The position numbers and the translations under genes were made by a program. The notes below the pieces were generated by a model. That model made no database searches, was not told the DNA's origin, and worked only from the letters and a program-made list of their open reading frames with translations. Shown here one piece after another: positions 61,351-64,000 of a DNA stretch of 64,000 bases. Numbering within the stretch: position 1 is the stretch's first letter; each line of letters opens with the position of its first letter. Source of the stretch: Clostridia bacterium (GTDB taxonomy: Bacteria > Bacillota > Clostridia > RGIG7378); NCBI GenBank assembly GCA_045588325.1, contig JAZNEA010000104.1:1560-65559 (forward strand), read 5' to 3'.

Positions 61351-62443
61351 CTAACAAAGGGGAATTTTCTGAGAATCTGTCAACGCTATAGGTGTTATCA
61401 TTCCTAAATTTATCGTTGACGCAGACGCAACATTATATTTTAACAATTCTAAATTAGGTCCAACAACATATGCATTTATTCCCCCATTATTAGCAACATT
61501 AATATCTGCTTTAGAAAACGAATTAGAATTTGGATGTGTATGAACATATGCAACCAATGCAGTTCCTGATGGAACTTTTTTACTAACTGTAGCAGAATGA
61601 GGCTTTCCTGATCTAGGATCTGAATAATTATATGTTGTTATGCCAAGGACGGTTCTTGAATAAATCATAGCTGATTATTCGTGTCGTATATAACTACTAG
61701 AACTATATGTTTCTTCCGCAAATGCCCTTGCAGCTTCCTCCTCGGAAGAGAATGGTATGTGTACTGAACCCAATTTTCTCCATGGTAGACTTGCTGGACT
61801 ATTTAAAATATCAACATCAAATATACTTGCTTGAACAGCTACACAAAGTTTACCAAACAAAGCTAATGGAATTTCTCCTGTGCAATCCACCCTATTCACT
61901 GGATTATTGCCACAGTATGCAAACATATTTGCACCTGTCATACCCTGTCCTGTGGATACATAGATATCAGCGTTAATGAACCTACCCCACTCTGGGTTGT
62001 AGTATCTGCTGTTCAGGTAGTAGAATCCTGTCTCTGCGTCGTAGACATATCCCCTGTAACGTCGTCGTCGCGGACTGCGTTTATGTTCGCAACAGCGTCT
62101 GTAGATACTATCTCTTCGCTATTGCACCACACTCTCCGTCGCTCCTCCTCTCCCCAGAAAAGCAAGCATTTCCGGGGGCCCCATTAACCTGTCCCATGTA
62201 CCATCACTTAATGGGTTGCCTATCTGGTCATAGGTTATGGTTTTTCCGTTGTAAGAGGTTAACAAATCACTCCAATCGCTATCTGTGTAGCCATAGGAGA
62301 CAGATTCCAGAACAGTTCCAAGTGTTCCCTCGGTATAGGCATATCTCTTCTTAGAGAGGATGTTACCGCCTAAATCATAAGTGTAGGTCCATGTATCATT
62401 TAATACCTGGTCATTTACTCTGGTAAGCTGGATTGAGGTGGAT
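61351..62443 (-). pseudogene. 5'-truncated RHS-family polymorphic toxin C-terminus (YD repeats, RHS core end, C-terminal toxin domain) with an in-frame TAA
   Basis: Minus strand reads …WTYTYDLGGNILSKKRYAYTEG…GKTITYDQIGNPL…[16 protein letters not shown]…[18 protein letters not shown]…SYIRHE*SAMIYSRTV…HTHPNSNSFSKAD…. The frame is closed 5' by a stop exactly at the boundary of repeat copy B, and there is an in-frame TAA at 61675-61677. Confidence 0.6.
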
Positions 62444-62616
62444 TAAGTATGTACGCAAGTGATACGGCTATAGTTATAAAGATAGAATCTCAACGAGAAA
62501 ACAAAGGCCTGGGTAGAAATTTAAAACCTGACCTGGCCTGGTTAACTATAGTGAGTTTATACCATGGATCCAATAGTTCCTGTTCTACACATATGGTATC
62601 ACAGAGGGTGTTATTT
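62441..62616. repeat. Direct repeat copy B (partner of 59447-59617)
   Basis: See copy A; this copy begins exactly where the RHS reading frame ends. Confidence 0.7.
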
Positions 62617-62649
62617 GTTTTCGCCGCAGTCCAATCGCTCCCTTACAAA

Positions 62650-62690
62650 AAAACACCCCAATTCTGCATTGAACTGGGGTGTTATGTCCT
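62650..62690 (-). terminator. Intrinsic terminator of trpB2-like gene
   Basis: Minus strand cacccca gttcaatgcagaat tggggtg followed by ttttttt. Confidence 0.7.
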
Positions 62691-64000
62691 AAATGTTTGG
62701 CAGCGACTTAAAGCCTCTCTCCAACTCCTCATCTGTTGGAATGTAGTCGCTCATAGTGCCATCGTTAAAGTTCTCGTATGCCTTCAGGTCAAAGTATCCT
62801 GTGCCCGTAAGGCCAAAGAGGATAACCTTTTCCTCTCCTGTCTCCTTGCACTTAAGTGCCTCGTCAATGGCAACCTTAATAGCGTGGCTGCTCTCTGGCG
62901 CTGGCAGGATGCCCTCTACTCTGGCAAACTGAGTAGCTGCCTCGAATACTGCCGTCTGTTCAACGGATCTGGCCTCCATAAGGCCCTGGTCGTAAAGCTC
63001 CGAAACAACACTGTTCATACCATGGTATCTAAGTCCGCCGGAGTGGCTGGAGGATGGGATAAATCCACTGCCCAATGTGTACATCTTGGCCATAGGGCAA
63101 ACTCTACCGGTATCACAGTAATCGTAAGCATATTTGCCACGAGTCAAGCTAGGACAGGATGCAGGCTCAACTGCAATAAACTGATACTCCTGCTCTCCTC
63201 TCAGCATCTCTCCCATAAACGGAGAAATAAGACCGCCCAAGTTGGATCCGCCGCCTGCACAGCCGATAATAATATCCGGCTTAACTCCGTACTTATCCAA
63301 AGCAATCTTTGCCTCGAGTCCTATAACACTCTGGTGCAGCAATACCTGATTAAGCACGCTACCCAGAACATATCTATAACCCTCTGTGTTAGTAGCTGTC
63401 TCAACAGCCTCAGAAATGGCACATCCAAGGGAGCCTCCTGTACCGGGATGCTCCTCCAAAATCCTGCGTCCTACCTCTGTGGTATCAGAAGGTGATGGGG
63501 TAACCTCCGCACCATACGTGCGCATAACCTCTCTGCGGAAAGGCTTTTGCTCATAGCTAACCTTTACCATGTATACGTGACAATCCAGGCCCAGATAGGA
63601 ACAGGCCATAGATGTGGCTGTACCCCACTGTCCGGCACCTGTCTCCGTAGTAACACCCTTGAGCCCCTGATTCTTGGCATAATATGCCTGAGCGATGGCA
63701 GAGTTTAACTTATGGCTGCCGCTGGTGTTGTTGCCCTCAAACTTGTAATAAATCTTGGCAGGTGTCTGGAGCTTCTCCTCCAAACAATATGCCCTGACCA
63801 ATGGGGAGGGTCTGTACATCTTATAGAAATTGCGGATGTCCTCCGGAATTGGGAAATATGCTGTAGTATCGTCCAGCTCCTGCTTAATAAGCTCATCACA
63901 GAAAACATGCTGCAAATCCTCAAATGTAGCAGGCTTGCCTGTGGCAGGATTGATCAGTGGAGCAGGCTTAATCTTCATATCGGCGCGCACATTGTACCAG
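62689..64000 (-). CDS. trpB: Tryptophan synthase beta-subunit-like PLP enzyme, TrpB2 type (N-terminus beyond window end)
   Basis: …RPSPLVRAYCLEEKLQTPAKIYYKFEGNNTSGSHKLNSAIAQAYYAK… with the PLP lysine in GSHK. Frame still open at 64000. Confidence 0.8.
   Translation of the reverse strand, partial: WYNVRADMKIKPAPLINPATGKPATFEDLQHVFCDELIKQELDDTTAYFPIPEDIRNFYKMYRPSPLVRAYCLEEKLQTPAKIYYKFEGNNTSGSHKLNSAIAQAYYAKNQGLKGVTTETGAGQWGTATSMACSYLGLDCHVYMVKVSYEQKPFRREVMRTYGAEVTPSPSDTTEVGRRILEEHPGTGGSLGCAISEAVETATNTEGYRYVLGSVLNQVLLHQSVIGLEAKIALDKYGVKPDIIIGCAGGGSNLGGLISPFMGEMLRGEQEYQFIAVEPASCPSLTRGKYAYDYCDTGRVCPMAKMYTLGSGFIPSSSHSGGLRYHGMNSVVSELYDQGLMEARSVEQTAVFEAATQFARVEGILPAPESSHAIKVAIDEALKCKETGEEKVILFGLTGTGYFDLKAYENFNDGTMSDYIPTDEELERGFKSLPNI

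Overview
This window reads as a Firmicutes (Clostridia-like) chromosomal segment that is densely coding and mostly on the minus strand. The conserved core, in order along the window, is:
- dnaK (partial), grpE and hrcA, with a textbook CIRCE operator and sigma-A promoter.
- An isolated argJ-like gene.
- A large secreted protein with a SipW/TasA-class signal peptide, divergent from a small XRE regulator.
- clpE (zinc-ribbon Clp ATPase), uvrA and uvrB.
- An ECF sigma, anti-sigma and lipoprotein serpin operon.
- An ArsB/NhaD-type permease.
- A second, shortened type IIA topoisomerase B/A pair.
- rmuC, hflK-hflC, a DUF1015 gene and ligA.
- metY-metA, preceded by a promoter, a structured leader and an intrinsic terminator (riboswitch-like).
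- A cwlD-like amidase and gpr (sporulation and germination genes).
- lepA-hemW.
- The miaB-mutS-mutL-miaA-hfq block.
- coaD-rsmD-recG and htrA.

A tRNA-Leu(UAA) at 53.6 kb is followed by what looks like an accessory stretch:
- a TPR membrane protein;
- an IMPase-family gene translationally coupled (ATGA overlap) to a 948-aa TIR-NACHT(STAND)-TPR NLR-like protein, a candidate antiphage defence module and the most interesting system here;
- a ZIP metal transporter;
- a degraded RHS/YD-repeat polymorphic-toxin cluster (orphan C-terminal toxin tips, immunity-like lipoprotein, in-frame stop) bounded by two roughly 175-bp direct repeats;
- the 3' part of a trpB2-type gene running off the window.

No CRISPR array, rRNA or intact transposase was seen. 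All calls are from reading the sequence and translations by eye; no searches were run.
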